In this document: one piece after another, positions 24,642 through 37,484 of the stretch
How positions within the stretch are numbered: position 1 is the first letter of the stretch
How the letters are laid out: each line of letters starts with the position of its first letter
From: Moniliella sp. 'wahieum'
Lineage: Eukaryota
Length of the DNA: 64,000 bases
Direction of reading: 5' to 3'
Assembly (NCBI GenBank): GCA_003971905.1
Contig: RSEE01000003.1
Coordinates: forward strand, 1,240,001-1,304,000
The notes under the pieces: model-generated
The model's database searches: none
What the model was told of the DNA's origin: nothing
Seen by the model: only the letters and a program-made list of their open reading frames with translations
Translations under genes and position numbers: made by a program

Positions 24642-25969
24642 ATGACCAACGCTGCAACGCAGGCGGCCGTGCTGGCGTCCTTGGCGGACCTCTTGCCCTT
24701 GCTCTTGTCTCCAGACCAACCCGCCATCCCCACCGAACGCAAGGCAGCGATCTCCGCTTTCGTCACTCCCTATTGAAGCCCGAGTATGTCGCCTGTCCTC
24801 TCCGAGTCTCGTGATTCGAGCGACACGCACTGACCTCTACCAGCTCTACTGAGCGGGAAGATATGTGCGCACCTCCCCGCCATCGCTGCCTCCGCGACCC
24901 GTTCCATCATTAACTGTCACCATTACTGACCCCCTGATGTGTAGTTACTGGGCCATACTCCCGTCTCAGCCGACCCTAAAAACCAATTCTCGCATCGCCT
25001 CGCTCACCCTTGTGGCACTGTACGACTGGGGACTGCTCTGGCAGAGTCCCTGGGCCCCGGGGACCGGAGCAGCGGAAGCTACCTTCTCCCGAGCTTGCTT
25101 CGCTTGCGTTTCAGTGCCCAACTTGATCGTCTGCTCGCCGAATCGACGTTCCACTCCCCCTATCAATGGGAAAACTGATCCAACCACGCATCTCCATCTT
25201 ACTAGAGCGAATGCTTGACAAGGAAAAGATAAGATTAGTGGCAAGGACAAGGAAACTCCGCTACAAACCTGCGATCATTCCCTCTCCAGTTTCCTCCAGA
25301 GCACTGACGATACTGACACCACATTGGCCAACCCCCACTCCTACCTGTGTTGGAAGCTCCATTCCATCCGTCTTCCCTCAGAGAACAAGAACGACAAGGC
25401 CTGGTTTCCCACCATTGACGAGGCACTGCGGGCCATTTCCCTGAGCCCGCCACCGAGGAGGCCATTACCTCCGCGAAGGATTTCTGGGACGGGTTTGATT
25501 CCGACCCCCATCCCGACGTGGACTCAACTGAACCTCCCCGGACCCCGCGCGGTCCTCCTGCCGAAGCCGATGAAGAGTATTGGGCCAAATACGAGAGCGT
25601 CGAAACAGCGCTAGGAGACCAGTCCTTCCTCCCTAAACATGGTAGCCCTACGTCCCCCATGCCCATACCCAAACTCAAAACTTTCCTCCATCTCGCGGAA
25701 GTGAAGCCGGATCGCTGGATCCCCAGCCCCAACCTGCTATGCACCGCACCACTTCCATCTCCACGTTCCTCTCCACCAGCCCGCGGGGCGATCGGAGAAA
25801 CCACCCACCGATGCCTCACTCTCCCTTCAAAGACGAGCAAGTGGCCGCCCTTAAAAGCGTCCTCCGCGGTGCTTGGGGTATGTTCCGCGGCCCAACCACT
25901 GCTCCGGACTTGGAAAACCGCAAACGTCTTTTCCTTGAACTGGCTCAGAACATTGTGAACGAACCTTAA
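24642..25969 (+). CDS. Hypothetical protein with acidic D/E-Y/F-W motifs (frameshifted, with an intron)
   Basis: MTNAATQAAVLASLADLLPLLLSP..., DFWDGFD, DEEYWAKYESV and a C-terminal helix ALKSVLRGAWGMF. Confidence 0.5.
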
Positions 25970-26213
25970 CCTCTCCCGTCTCCGTCCATTGATTGATTAA
26001 TCGCATTGCACCGCTGTCCCGCATAATCGGCATCATCGCCTGTCGCATAGCGGCTAGAAACGGCCACAGTCACGTGATCGGAGCGGAACGACGCGTGGCT
26101 GCCAAGTTCCTCGCCTATTAAACGACGATTGCCACTGGGTGATCTACTTTGTCACATCCCTCCACCCAGTACCCACTTCGCTTCGTAGTCTGTCCCCTTG
26201 CCCCGTTGTGGTA

Positions 26214-27425
26214 ATGGTCCATCTCCGGCTGAATGAGAAGGATACGCAACGCAATCCGTATATCAACTTTGTACGTGCCCTCGCCGGGGATGGACAAGAC
26301 GAGGCGACCCGGCGCCTGGAACAGATCGCAGCAGTGTACAAGCCCATCATGGCCGAGTATGGCTTTCGTCTGCGCTGGAGGAGTTCCCGTCAACCCTGAG
26401 TTTTCCGGGCGCAATTGGAATGCAGGTGAGACGATTGAGCTTGTCCTGCGTACCCGAGACGGAGGATGGGCGCCGTTTATGGCTGTGACCCACGTTATGG
26501 CCCACGAGCTCGCTCACATCCTTCATGTAGGTCGTCCCCGCGCCTACACCACGAGTCTCTAGCTCGCTGACACAGCCCAGATGAACCATCTCCCGGCGCA
26601 TGGACGTTTAACGAGCGAGATTCAGACTAAGGTCCGTACTCTTATTCGACAAGGCTACTTTGGTGACGGTACGTAGTACCTTTCCTCGCTTTGACATTTG
26701 TTTTGGTCTAACTTCTCCGTTTGTGCTTCTAGGCTTTTGGTCGGTATGTGACCCTCTATGCTTTCTGTGACTGAGTAGACCGATGACCTAGCTGGCGGTT
26801 TGGTAGGCAGGATACCGTTTAAAGGACCAAACGTCTGTTCCAGGGGATGCCAACCCAGAAGCGATGGTACGAGGGTACGCGAATCATGTATGCGGTGGCG
26901 CGCAACGTGGCCGGGGGCGGGGAAGGGGCATGCGTGGCCGCGCACGAGGACGGGGCAGGGGAGCTTCCAACACTCGACCGGCTCCCCCCCGGTCCGATGC
27001 GCCCACCAAGCCACCCCCTAAACGCAAGAGAGGCTCCAAGGTCCTACTCTCCGTACTGGTGCGCAGACCCCGCCCACCTCCCGCCGAACCACAAAAAGGC
27101 TCGTGCAACGTTACCAGGTACGCACGTTCTCCTTGCTCTTTCGTTGTGCATGGTCTGGTTGATACTGAGATATATTGTAGGCAAGGGGCAGCGACTGGAT
27201 GGGTCGAGCCCAGAACCACCAAAGGCACGACGTACCCCCAGCACCCAGACCGTTGCGGGCAGAATCGAGCGCGTAGCGGCCATCGAAGCCCGCTTGCAGG
27301 CGGGGCAGGCGCAGGAGACCAGTGCCAATCCTAACCCGGCTTCCTCCGCGCATCTTACTGGTCCCTCTGTTCCGCAGCGCACGTCCGCCCGCGTACTTGA
27401 GCACGAGGTGATCGAAATTGACTAG
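26214..27425 (+). CDS. WLM-domain (Wss1-like) metalloprotease
   Basis: EFSGRNWNAGETIELVLR, zinc motif VMAHELAHI..MNH, GYFGD/GFWS, and C-terminal VIEID*. Confidence 0.88.
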
Positions 27426-28303
27426 GCCATCCAAACAGCCATCAGTGGAGCGCAGGGGGCCTAATCAAAAGGTTTATTGCGCTTGTAGGTTTCCAAGTCA
27501 AGTAACTATACCTCTATCGTCTTGGATAAGAGCTTGGGAAGAATAGTCCATTTTGCTGACGGTTTAGCACGCTAATCTCTGCGAGCATATGTATCGTGGG
27601 CTCAAATGCCTTAAACTGGATCGGCTTGTATACTAGATACTACTTTTGCCTTGTATGTTGGCTTCTTAGTATTCTGGGTCCAAGTCTGCAGAAGAGGGAT
27701 GAACGATGAACTGATTGTTGTCACCAAGAACACTGAGGACACTTGCAAGCACGCCGCTGTTAGAAAACAACCTATGAGAATCTGATGAGGCCTGGGGTCC
27801 TGATATATGATACCTGATGGTCCCCAATGGTGATGCAATCGCACTGGTTGCGCTGGTCTAAGCCCGCCAGCAACGCCTACAGAGGAACATCAAGCAGCCA
27901 GTCGCCACTACTAGGGCTGTGGCTAGGCTGCGCAGCCGGGAAACCAGAGGCGAGAAACAAAAACGCGGAACTCCTACGCTGGAGCGTTGGCCAAAACCAC
28001 GAGCCATCCGCGGTGGCTTTTCAGTCTCGACGTAGAGAATACCATCATGCCCATTATCGAATGTGGACAGCGCGCGGGGGGGGGAGTAGGTGACAAGATG
28101 AATCAGGCTGGAGACGCCTGCTGTTTTAAGTAGCCTGTCTGCTGCGCTCGAATGGACGAGCCACAGCAAGTAGCAAGTGGCGCCTTACGTAATGCAGTGA
28201 AACGTTCACCGTCCGATTTTGCTGGGCCACCCAGTCGCGACGGGATGGGAATCGGGCTTGATTCTTCCACCACCACTAATCTCCCGCCGCGTCAGGACCC
28301 GTC

Positions 28304-31300
28304 ATGGCCGACTCAGCTCCGAAGAAGGACCCTTTGGTCCTTGTGCGCGAGGTGATCCATGCCCGATCCGGCGTGTCCGTATTGCAGCTCCAGGAGCTGT
28401 ATGCTGCGTTTGAGGCGCAGCCCGGCGCCTTGCCCATGCTACTTCCCAACCTGCTCCCGCTCCTCGACCAGCCCGAGCCGTTGCGGGGCTGGGTCTTGAA
28501 CTACATGGACCTGGCCTTTTGCCGCGGAGTCCTCAAGATGGATGCTCGCCGATCCCGTGCGTGTATTCTGCATTCTCCTTTTGTGTTCTAACTCTCTCCT
28601 GCCAGTCGCCCCGTACGTCATCGACCCTGTCTTGTCCTATATCAACGACCCCAATCCTTCGTATGCCAAGACGGCCATTCAGTGCTTTGCCAGCGCCTAT
28701 CCTTCCATCTTTCAACACTTTATCGTTGACCCGAGCCAGGTCGCGCGCTGGCCCCTCATTCACGACATTCGCAATCGGCTGCTTGTCCTCTTCAACAGCC
28801 CCGCAGTTCCTACCGGCACCAAAATCGCCATTATCAAAGCTTTCCAGCGCATGGTGCTTGTCCAGATTGCCAGCGGCCCAGGAGCTTCTCCCAGTGATGT
28901 GAACGTGACACATGTCCCTGCAGGACACCCAATCCTTAACCCCGTCGATCTTGACTCGGACGCACGCCAGTTGCTTCTCCACTTGGTCCCGTTCATGTTC
29001 AGTAGCGATCAGGTGGACCTTGTTATGGCAACAATGAACACGTTGGCCATGTTGGCGCGCCATCGGCCTTCTCTGGTCGAGCTTGTGAGTCGAGCCTTGA
29101 TCGATTGGACTCCCGACAAGTTCGTGGGAAGGTTGGAACAACGCTTTGTCGAAAAGGCACTTCGCACTTTGTATCGTCACATGATCCGCTTCAACGTGGG
29201 CGGGGCGGCGTTCAAAGCGCAGTTCCAGGTTGCACTCGAGGTCCAGGTTCGGCGAGAAGCCGAGGCGGAAAATGCGCTTGCACTGGCCCGCGAAGCTGAG
29301 GCCAAGCGCAAGCGTGACGAGCTGGCTGAGGAGATTGCCATGGCGGCTGGGGCCAAACGGCCCAGGACGGACCCGGAAACCAGTGCCCCTCCCCTCCCCA
29401 GGTCGTCCCCAACGTATCGCCCGCCAGGCCGCCCGCGCATTCCAGAGCCAGGACACGAACGAAGCCTTGGCCAATTTGATGTCACTCAGCTCCCGCTCTC
29501 GGTGGTCGTCGACCTGGTGATTGCCAATTTCCATGCTATATCCGAGGCTACGTTGGAGGAGGCCGTGTCCCGCACCCGGGCCAGTCTTTCCAGTGACACC
29601 CCAGCACCGCTTGCATTGGAGGACCCCGCCGTTGAGCTTGCCCCCGCATTAGAACACTTTGAATTGGCACCACCCACTGCCTTGCCCCCCGCCCAGGCGT
29701 CTGACTTGATGAAGGGTGTTGTAGTCCGCATGACGAATATTGGTATGGACGAAGTGGCAACACGTCGCCCAGCCAAGGAGGGTGAAGAGCAGGGTGTCCC
29801 TTCCCACCCTGTACTTTGGAGCTCCCTCATTTCCCGTTTGGCCGTACGTGGGTTATATATGCCCCTACGTCCGGGAGCGGGGCAGGACGAAGTGCAAAGG
29901 CGGGAGGCAGTACTAAAATACGCCGACCAATTGCGTTCCGTTGTCATGCGTATGGTTTTGGAAGACCCCGAACCACGTCTTGAATTGGCCACACGCTGGT
30001 TAATGGAGGAGTGGACCTCGGACAACCAGCGGCGCCATGACGGTTTGGAGGGGAAGTACGAACCCCTGCTGGTTGAGTTGCTGGCTGGGCTGCGGCCCAA
30101 GCTCACTTCGGAATCCAAGTGGATTCTCCCGTTTATTGAAGACTTGCCTGTTCTACCCCCCTCGGCGATGGATCAGCTGGTGGCCTTGGCCAAGGACCGG
30201 TCTACTCTTCAGCTCGGGCTTCTTATCCTCCGGGAGGTGGCCGTTTCTCGCCCTCCCGTACGTCAATATGTGACAAGTCTCCTCCTTTCCCTTACTCGAT
30301 CCTCCGATGAGCTCCTCCGCCGTGGAGCCATCACCACGGTGCGTGTGTGGGTGAACAATGCCAAGCCCCGTCCCCCCTGGAGACTGTGGTGCTTGCCTAT
30401 TCCCACCAGTCTCTTGAGTGCCTTACTGTCGGCGTTAAGGCTGAAGGTGATGACACCATTATCTCTCCTCCCGAGGAGGACGACAAGGATACCAAGCCCA
30501 GTGTACCTGAGCCCGAAACCAAGAATGAGGATTCATCAGCTGAAGCTTCCACCGTGAAGATGGAGGACGTGGATGGTGAGCCTAGCGCAGTTGTTCCACC
30601 CGAAGGGGAACCGGAACACGAAACGCAAGCGGAAGCAGAGGTTTCCCCTGATCCGCAGAGGCAATGGAGCGAGACAGATGTTCTGCGCTATCTGGAGTTG
30701 ACGCTTGCGTTGTGTGTCAAGGTACCGAGCCTTCTCGATGACGTGTTTGCAACCTATGTTCACGTTCGTCCCGAGGTCCAAACAGCGATGGAAACTCACA
30801 TCACCAGGCTGATTGCCTCGATGGGTCCGCACCACCCTGTTCTTCTGGAACTGCTTTCCCATTTCCCCGAAGGTGCTGAGGGACTTGCGCTCACCATTTT
30901 CCAAATCATGTTTGACAAGGAAAAGTCGCCCGCCTTAGTCCAGCTTGTGGTCAAGCTCAGCCAAGAGCGCGTCTTGGATCCACGCTTTTTGCTTCCCATC
31001 TTGCCGGAACTCAAAAAAGTACGTGGTGTTTTGAATTTCTTGGTCCCTTTCTGACGTTTTTTTGTAGCCTGAGGTTCTCCGTCTCTTCCCCGAGTGGTAA
31101 GTTTATTGGACGACGAGTCGACGGCCAGGGACAACCTTGATGTGATGAAGAAGACGCTTGAGGCGATTGTTGTTCCCCCCGAGGATTCGTTTGGCCAAGT
31201 CTCGTCGAACCAGCCGCGGAAAGCACGTGAAGAGCATGTGACCCCGACTGAGCTTATGGGGATGCTTCATCGCAAAGAGAATGAGATCGGCAAGAAGGCC

Positions 31301-31744
31301 GCCGCAAGGGCGGTTCAAGTCTGCCTCAACATGCCCGACATGTTCCGTGCCGAGGTGTTGGCAGCGACGATGAACCAAATCGTTGAGGAGCCTGTACTGC
31401 CTACCATCTTCCTTCGCACGGTCCTCATGGCAGTGGATAAGTTCCCCTCGCTCAAGGGGTATGTAAGTGGAAACCTACTCTCTCGTCTCATTACCAAGAA
31501 GGTCTGGCTTGATCCCATCCTCTGGAAGGGCTTCATCATTGCCGCCAAAAAGACAGTACCCGGCTCCTACGCCGCCCTGGCCCAGCTGCACAAGGATCAG
31601 ATGCGGGAGATCGCCGCGCAAGACCCCGAGTTAAAGGAAGGATTGCGGGACTACTTTGTGAAGAAAACGGGAAACAACCCCAACCGTATGCGCCCCGTCC
31701 TGGACCTCTTGGGCCTTGATCCAGACGCGCCGGCGGCCCAATAA
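28304..31744 (+). CDS. PTA1: Symplekin/Pta1, mRNA 3'-end processing scaffold
   Basis: N-terminal helical domain (KIAIIKAFQRMVLVQ, MATMNTLAMLARHRP) and Symplekin_C-like LPTIFLRTV...LLSRLITKKVW...LWKGFI. Confidence 0.85.
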
Positions 31745-32002
31745 TGGCCCTTAGCCTGAGCTCTGAGCCCTGCTGATGTATGACACATTGAGATATGAGA
31801 CTTGAACTGGAAGTGGGATTGAGAACAGTATATCATTCGACAAGGATATATCAACTTGTAGGATAGGAATGCACTTTACGCCGTTTGTAGTAGGGACCGA
31901 GAACGAAAGTGAGGATACTAAAGTAAGGCGTACAGGTAGTTCGTAGAATAGTCCAGTGTGCGCTACTAGTAGTGTATAGGACAATGCAATTGCACCATAT
32001 CT

Positions 32003-32107
32003 GACTTTAGGGCAGTGGTTACCCCGTTCGCCTGCTATGTGTAGCACCTTGCTCCAAGGGCCAGCGAATCCTCTCTGAGGGCGTGAGTTCGAATCTCACA
32101 GGTGTCG
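32003..32107 (+). tRNA. tRNA-Ser(GCT) with an intron at ~32038-32062
   Basis: D arm GGGCAGTGGTTACCCC, anticodon stem TTCGC/GCGAA around CT-GCT-A, long variable arm, T arm GTGAG-TTCGAAT-CTCAC and a downstream T-run. The 5' acceptor strand is 2 nt short. Confidence 0.8.
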
Positions 32108-32640
32108 TTTTTTGCTGCGTTTCTACTAAATTTTTGTGATTTGCACCCTTGCTATATACGCCTTGGGAACCTCAAGAAGTGTTGGTTAGATGGGGAATGC
32201 TTAATGCAGTCGATGAAGCAATGAATTAATGAAGCGAAGAGCCAACTGGAGAGCTACTATAAGTATTGGCTCGCGTTGTGGACGGTAGTAGGAGAAACCC
32301 CCGGTATCAAGGCAGGTTAAAACATCGACACGTCCGCACAGTTGTGAGTGCATCCAGTATGATGCATGGCCCGGTGCAACTCCGACGCCGCTTACGAAGG
32401 GACGCTTGCTTTTCAACTCGCTTTCGTCGCCAACCAGAATGGGGCCAGGCAAACTACTCCACTATAACACACGCCTGCAATCATGGCCCCCCAAATTGTT
32501 TTACGAGAGATCATAGTGGGTCCAATCTTCATCAAGAAAATGAGTCAGTTCCGCCAACTTGAAAAGGATATACACCCAAAAGGTGGGATGGGGCAACTAT
32601 TAACGGCTGAGACGACGCCGCGATCGTGGGCAATGAGCGA

Positions 32641-34344
32641 TTAGACCGTCTCTTGTACACACATGCTCCACCTGCCGGTTCTGTAAGTAGCAACGCATCG
32701 TTCAGCCCGTCTTGGTCCAACTCTGGGTGGCGTACGGCAAAGTACTCCTCGGTCAGCGCCTTGATTACGGCAGGCACCTTGCTCCAGGGACCAATATGAC
32801 TGTGGAGCCTCCCCAGCCCGCACCTGGCACAGAAATTGTCAGGATTACTTCTCAACATGAAATGGGGTCAACGGACGTACCTGTCAAACGAGCGCCGAGA
32901 GCGCCGGCCTTGCGCGCAATCGTGGTGACCTGCTCAAGCTCAGGGCAAGAAGCCTGGTAAAAGTCGCGCATCGAGTAGTGGGATTGGTTGATGAGCTCGC
33001 CCAGTTCCTTGTAGAGCGTCGCTGCATCGGCCTCTGGGATCTCGCCATTCTCCGCCCGCGACGCCGCGACTTGGAGGAGGGTAACGAAGCGGAGAGTGCG
33101 GTAGGCCTCGTCAAACACGTGCTTGGTGCGCTTGAAAAGGTCAAACTTCTCTGCCTTGACAGGGAAGATGGTGAGAAATTCTTTGGTGAATGCGTCACCC
33201 TCATACCCGGTCAACACCTCCGCCTCGGCCCGCGTCACAGGATCCTTAGGCAAGTGGGAGAGCGCTACCGATTCGAAAAACTTGATGCGTGCACCTTCTT
33301 CGCCGGCTTCCTTGAGTGCCTCAGCCCGCTCATCCGATGCGACGTACCACAGCTTGTCAACAGGATGGAGCTGGAAGTACTCGCCCAAAATACCATTAAG
33401 GGTGTAGTTGGTAGCAGTAGGAGCGATGCCCAAAGCCTTGCCCAGCGCTCGCGTTGCCATGCGCAGCTCAGCCGTACGGAGATTGTAATGAATCGGGCCC
33501 GACACCTTCTTATCCGAAGCGACGAGCGTGTTGGCAATCAACCACTTGTACGACTCGGTTTTTTCCGGGCCATGCGGGGCAAGAATAGGGTGGATCCAAA
33601 GGTGCGGCACAAAGCCAATGTGCAGCAAGTACCCAGGCCTGCCAAAGATGGAGGCCGACTGGTCCATTCCACCGGAGCTCACGCCCACCAGCCGCTCGAC
33701 TCGATAGCCACGTTGGCCATCTCTTTGCGGTCGATAAACTGACGCACGCCCAGCGCCTCCAGAATCAAAATGCTACTCACTGTCGTCATGGCGGCCGAAC
33801 TGGACAAACTCGACTCGGGGGGAACCGTGCCATCGACCAAGATGCTCACCCGGACAGGCTTGGGTGTCGTCGCGGCGGTCGTAGCGGCAGGCAAGTGCGG
33901 CACAAGGCCATGGAGAGCCACCTTAAAGTAGTTCGCCCACCGGTCAGGACCAGAGTTGTGGAGCTGCACATCAGGTAGGCCTTCTTTCCAGGAAGTGGTA
34001 AAGGAAGTGCCCTCAAAACGTGGGGTGACATTGTGGAGGACGAACTCAGTCGTCTGGTTGGGCGGGGTGGTATTCTTACTCCACTCAACATGGGTCGCCA
34101 TGAGGATATCCATCTCAATGGAGGCGGGCAAGACTGAAAATCCCTGGTGGTCAACATGCTCGCCAATCATGTTGACGCGCCCAGGGGCGCGTGCGACGAA
34201 GTCGGGTTGGGTACCAAACTGGGTTTGGAAAGCTTGGCGGAGAGCGTTCCAGCGCGCCTCCTCGCGGGGAAGGCGCTCCGCCGAGTAGATGGCGCTGAGC
34301 GTGTCGTGCACAGGAATAACGTCGTCGGGGTGTTGCGAGGACAT
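32641..34344 (-). CDS. GAL1: Galactokinase (GHMP kinase)
   Basis: APGRVNMIGEHVDH, PPESSLSSSAA, GVSSGGMDQSAS and GARLTG|AGWGG. Confidence 0.92.
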
Positions 34345-36619
34345 GGGGGAGATGGGCTGAAAGCGGAGGGGGAAGGGGTTGCTGATTGGGCGAACGGGCG
34401 GCGATGATGGTGGTTATGTAGGCGACGGGAAGGTTGCTTGGCCTGGTGCGCACCCTCAGGCCTGAGCCTGACCTCATATAGGCCCTGGCGCAGGACGCTG
34501 CGCTGTCTGATCCGTGCACTGCGCCGGTGTGGCATGTGGCATGTGGATGCGATGCATGATGTGCGATGCATGAATGCACCGCGGGGCAGTAGAGGGCAGT
34601 GCCACGCTGCTCTGGCCGGTGCAACATGCGGCGGTGCCTGAATCAGAGACACCCCGCCCCCGCCCCCCGGCGGCTGCGGGAAAAACAGATCAGCATCCGC
34701 ACATCCCAGCACCAGTCAGCTGACCCCTGGAGGGCTGCGGGCCAGTCGATCACAAAGACGAGAGCAGACCACAGACTGCCAGGCCTGCCTCGGGTCTCAC
34801 CCGGTCACCGCCTCACCCCACATTCTCATGGCCTAGATCCATCTGCAGCCACCCACACTGCCATCCATGCAGAGTGTGTGTTGCTCGGCGGGACACTTGA
34901 GATCCTCTCCCTCCTCTAGGAGCTTCAACATGACAAGTAATCGTTTACGCGTCCCTGGCTCATAGTCCAAGTCATGCAGATAGTTCGATTTCTACCCACC
35001 AAGGCTGGGAAATGGATGTTAGGCCACTGGTGGGGTGAACGCATATTTTTGGAGGCTATGTGGATGCGTACCCGCAGGTGACACTACACGAGAGGCGACC
35101 GCAATCCAATGGAATGCTGGGAGAAAAAAGGTGTTGGGCCATCGGGGGTGGCTCGTGCGTCGGATTCCTTCTTTCTCGCGTCTGTTTTTCATGTTCCGAA
35201 GCCAGACATGATGGCGACTGGCTGCTTGATGGGCCTCTGTACTAGGTGTTGGTGCTTGGCTTATAGACCAGAACCAACACCACCACCACAACGAGTGCGA
35301 CTGCTTCACCCTCTCTCGAGGCCCATCAGGACTCTTCCATAGGTCTCATAGGAAAGAGGGCTCATAGACGACGGAATGCGACAAGAAAAAGACCAAATAC
35401 CTGGAACGCACCCCCAAAGCCGGTTTCTCCCTGTACATGAAGATGGTGCCACCATGTCGGCCACCAAGATGTCTAAGAATGTAAAAGCCTTACTGGGGAG
35501 TCATATTGGAGAGGGTTCTAATCCCTCACATGTCTCTACCATGCTAATTCGGTTCCGGGTACGTGCTACATCTCCAGTTTAGAAGCGAATGGCGCGCGGG
35601 GAGCCACGACGTCCCGACCTGCTGGCGACTCCACTTACTTCCTTGCGTTAGTAGAGCAAACAGCCCATTGTCAGGCCGGTGAGCGAGCCTGATCAGCGCA
35701 CCGTTTCTAGTCTGTCCACCTGCCTTAAGTTCTGTAAATGATTAGTAGTAGGAGGGCAAAGAAACAAATGAAGTAACTGTAAAGAGTCTCGCTGGAGATG
35801 GTTCGTAGATGGTTCGTCGTTCGTCTTTCATTCGTCGCTTTCGTGTTATTTGGAGTGCGGGATCCAGAGGGTGTTCAACCTATATACACATTTTGCCATT
35901 CCTGCAGGCGGATGAGTGTAATGCACGTTTGGCGTAACCAGCCTATATATACCAACAGTAACTTTGGTCTTCTAGTTACCTCTTCTTCATCTTGTTAACT
36001 GTCCCCGCGGAAGGGTGTTGTTGGTTGAGAGCGATCACTATGATGGTGTAATAAACGAGAAGAAATTGTGGCATGAGTCCCTCGACATCGAAGAGGTATT
36101 ATCAACCAGCGGCGGCCTTCCAATCAGTCCCCCTGAACGTCACCGGGAGAATGCAAGCCTGCTCACTTGCCGACGTTGCTTTGCCAGACAACATCAGATG
36201 TTGGTGTTGTTACGAGTCTTGCGGCCCACACTATAGTACTCTTGCTGTCCAAAGAGGGCACACTAATGGGCCACATGCGCCTCAAGTGAGATGTTGCGCA
36301 CCTGAGGCGCTCTAGTCTCCAACATTGTAAGGATTAGGAAACATGCAATGCCGCACCCCTTTTGACGGGAAATCGCCTTGACCGCTCAGGCCACAGTAAC
36401 CCTGCCCTCCACTCCATATTCGTTTCCTCTCCTCCTGCCACTGGCTTGATCTGATCTGCCGCGGTTAATCTGCCGTCATGACTCTTCTTGTATGTCCCCC
36501 CTCTTGTTGTTCGCTGCATGCAGACGATGTGACTCGTGTGGCTCCCATACCTATCGGTCTTGTGTAATCAATCATAGGGAGGTCCCGCCATAACACAACT
36601 TGAGCTGCACGGATGATGC

Positions 36620-37105
36620 TTATGGCTCCTCGGCCTCTAGGACAGTATGCAACTAACAGAGAATCCTTAGTGTGCTAGTCCCATCAAGAGAAGGGCGACT
36701 TACTTGAAGTCCGTGAATGTCCTTGATGATGCTCTTCAGCTCCGCCTGAACGAGGCGATGCTGCTTAAGAGTCGATAGCCCTTGGAAGTGTTTGGACTTG
36801 ATGACAATCGTGTAGAATGCCTCACAGCCTCCTGACACATCGGTAACACTCACCATCGAGGGTGAAAATTTGGCCTCCAAAATGGAGATAATTTGCTTCT
36901 CCCCTGCGTCTGCTCCCCCTCAGCCGGTGCAGCAGGCGACGATTCAACCTCAACCCCGATAGGTTCAGCGCGGCGAATGGAGGACGCTGAGTGGCCTCTG
37001 CACCATGGGACGAGAATTCAGCCCCGCAGCTGAGCCCAGCACAAAACGTGTCCGAATCGCACTGCGCGTAGCCCTGACAAGCGGCACAGAAAGGCGCAGC
37101 GACAT
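36620..37105 (-). CDS. Mitochondrial BolA-family protein (Bol3/Aim1-like)
   Basis: Arg-rich presequence, then VTDVSGGC.AFY..VIKSKHFQGLSTLKQHRLV...IHGLQ, then a terminal intron. Confidence 0.85.
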
Positions 37106-37484
37106 ACCGAACCAGACGGGCTGAGGTGGTGGCAATATGCGTCTTGGAGCCGCTAATGTCCGAAGCGAGAAGGTGGCGCTTGGGTAATCATCGATCATCG
37201 TCATTTGCCGTGACAAAATGCAATGTTGAAACCCCGGGAGGTTACCTATCTGCATGGATGGATCCGTAGCATCCTTGTAAGTACTTCGTCCTCTACATCG
37301 GCTCTCCAACCTGTGCACCCACACCGTTTTTCACAGTAGCAAGCTTCCCTTCAGCTCGATAACATCTGTAAGGAGGTATTCCATAGAATGTTACAGCAGT
37401 CCAAAAGACAATTCATCCAATGTCTGGAAAGGAGGAAAGACCCCTCCATCTCTAATACCACGTACGGAATGTTCAACAGGGGTG

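Noticed and set aside
32641..34344. Possible GAL gene cluster
   Set aside because: No GAL7 or GAL10 homologue is visible in the window.
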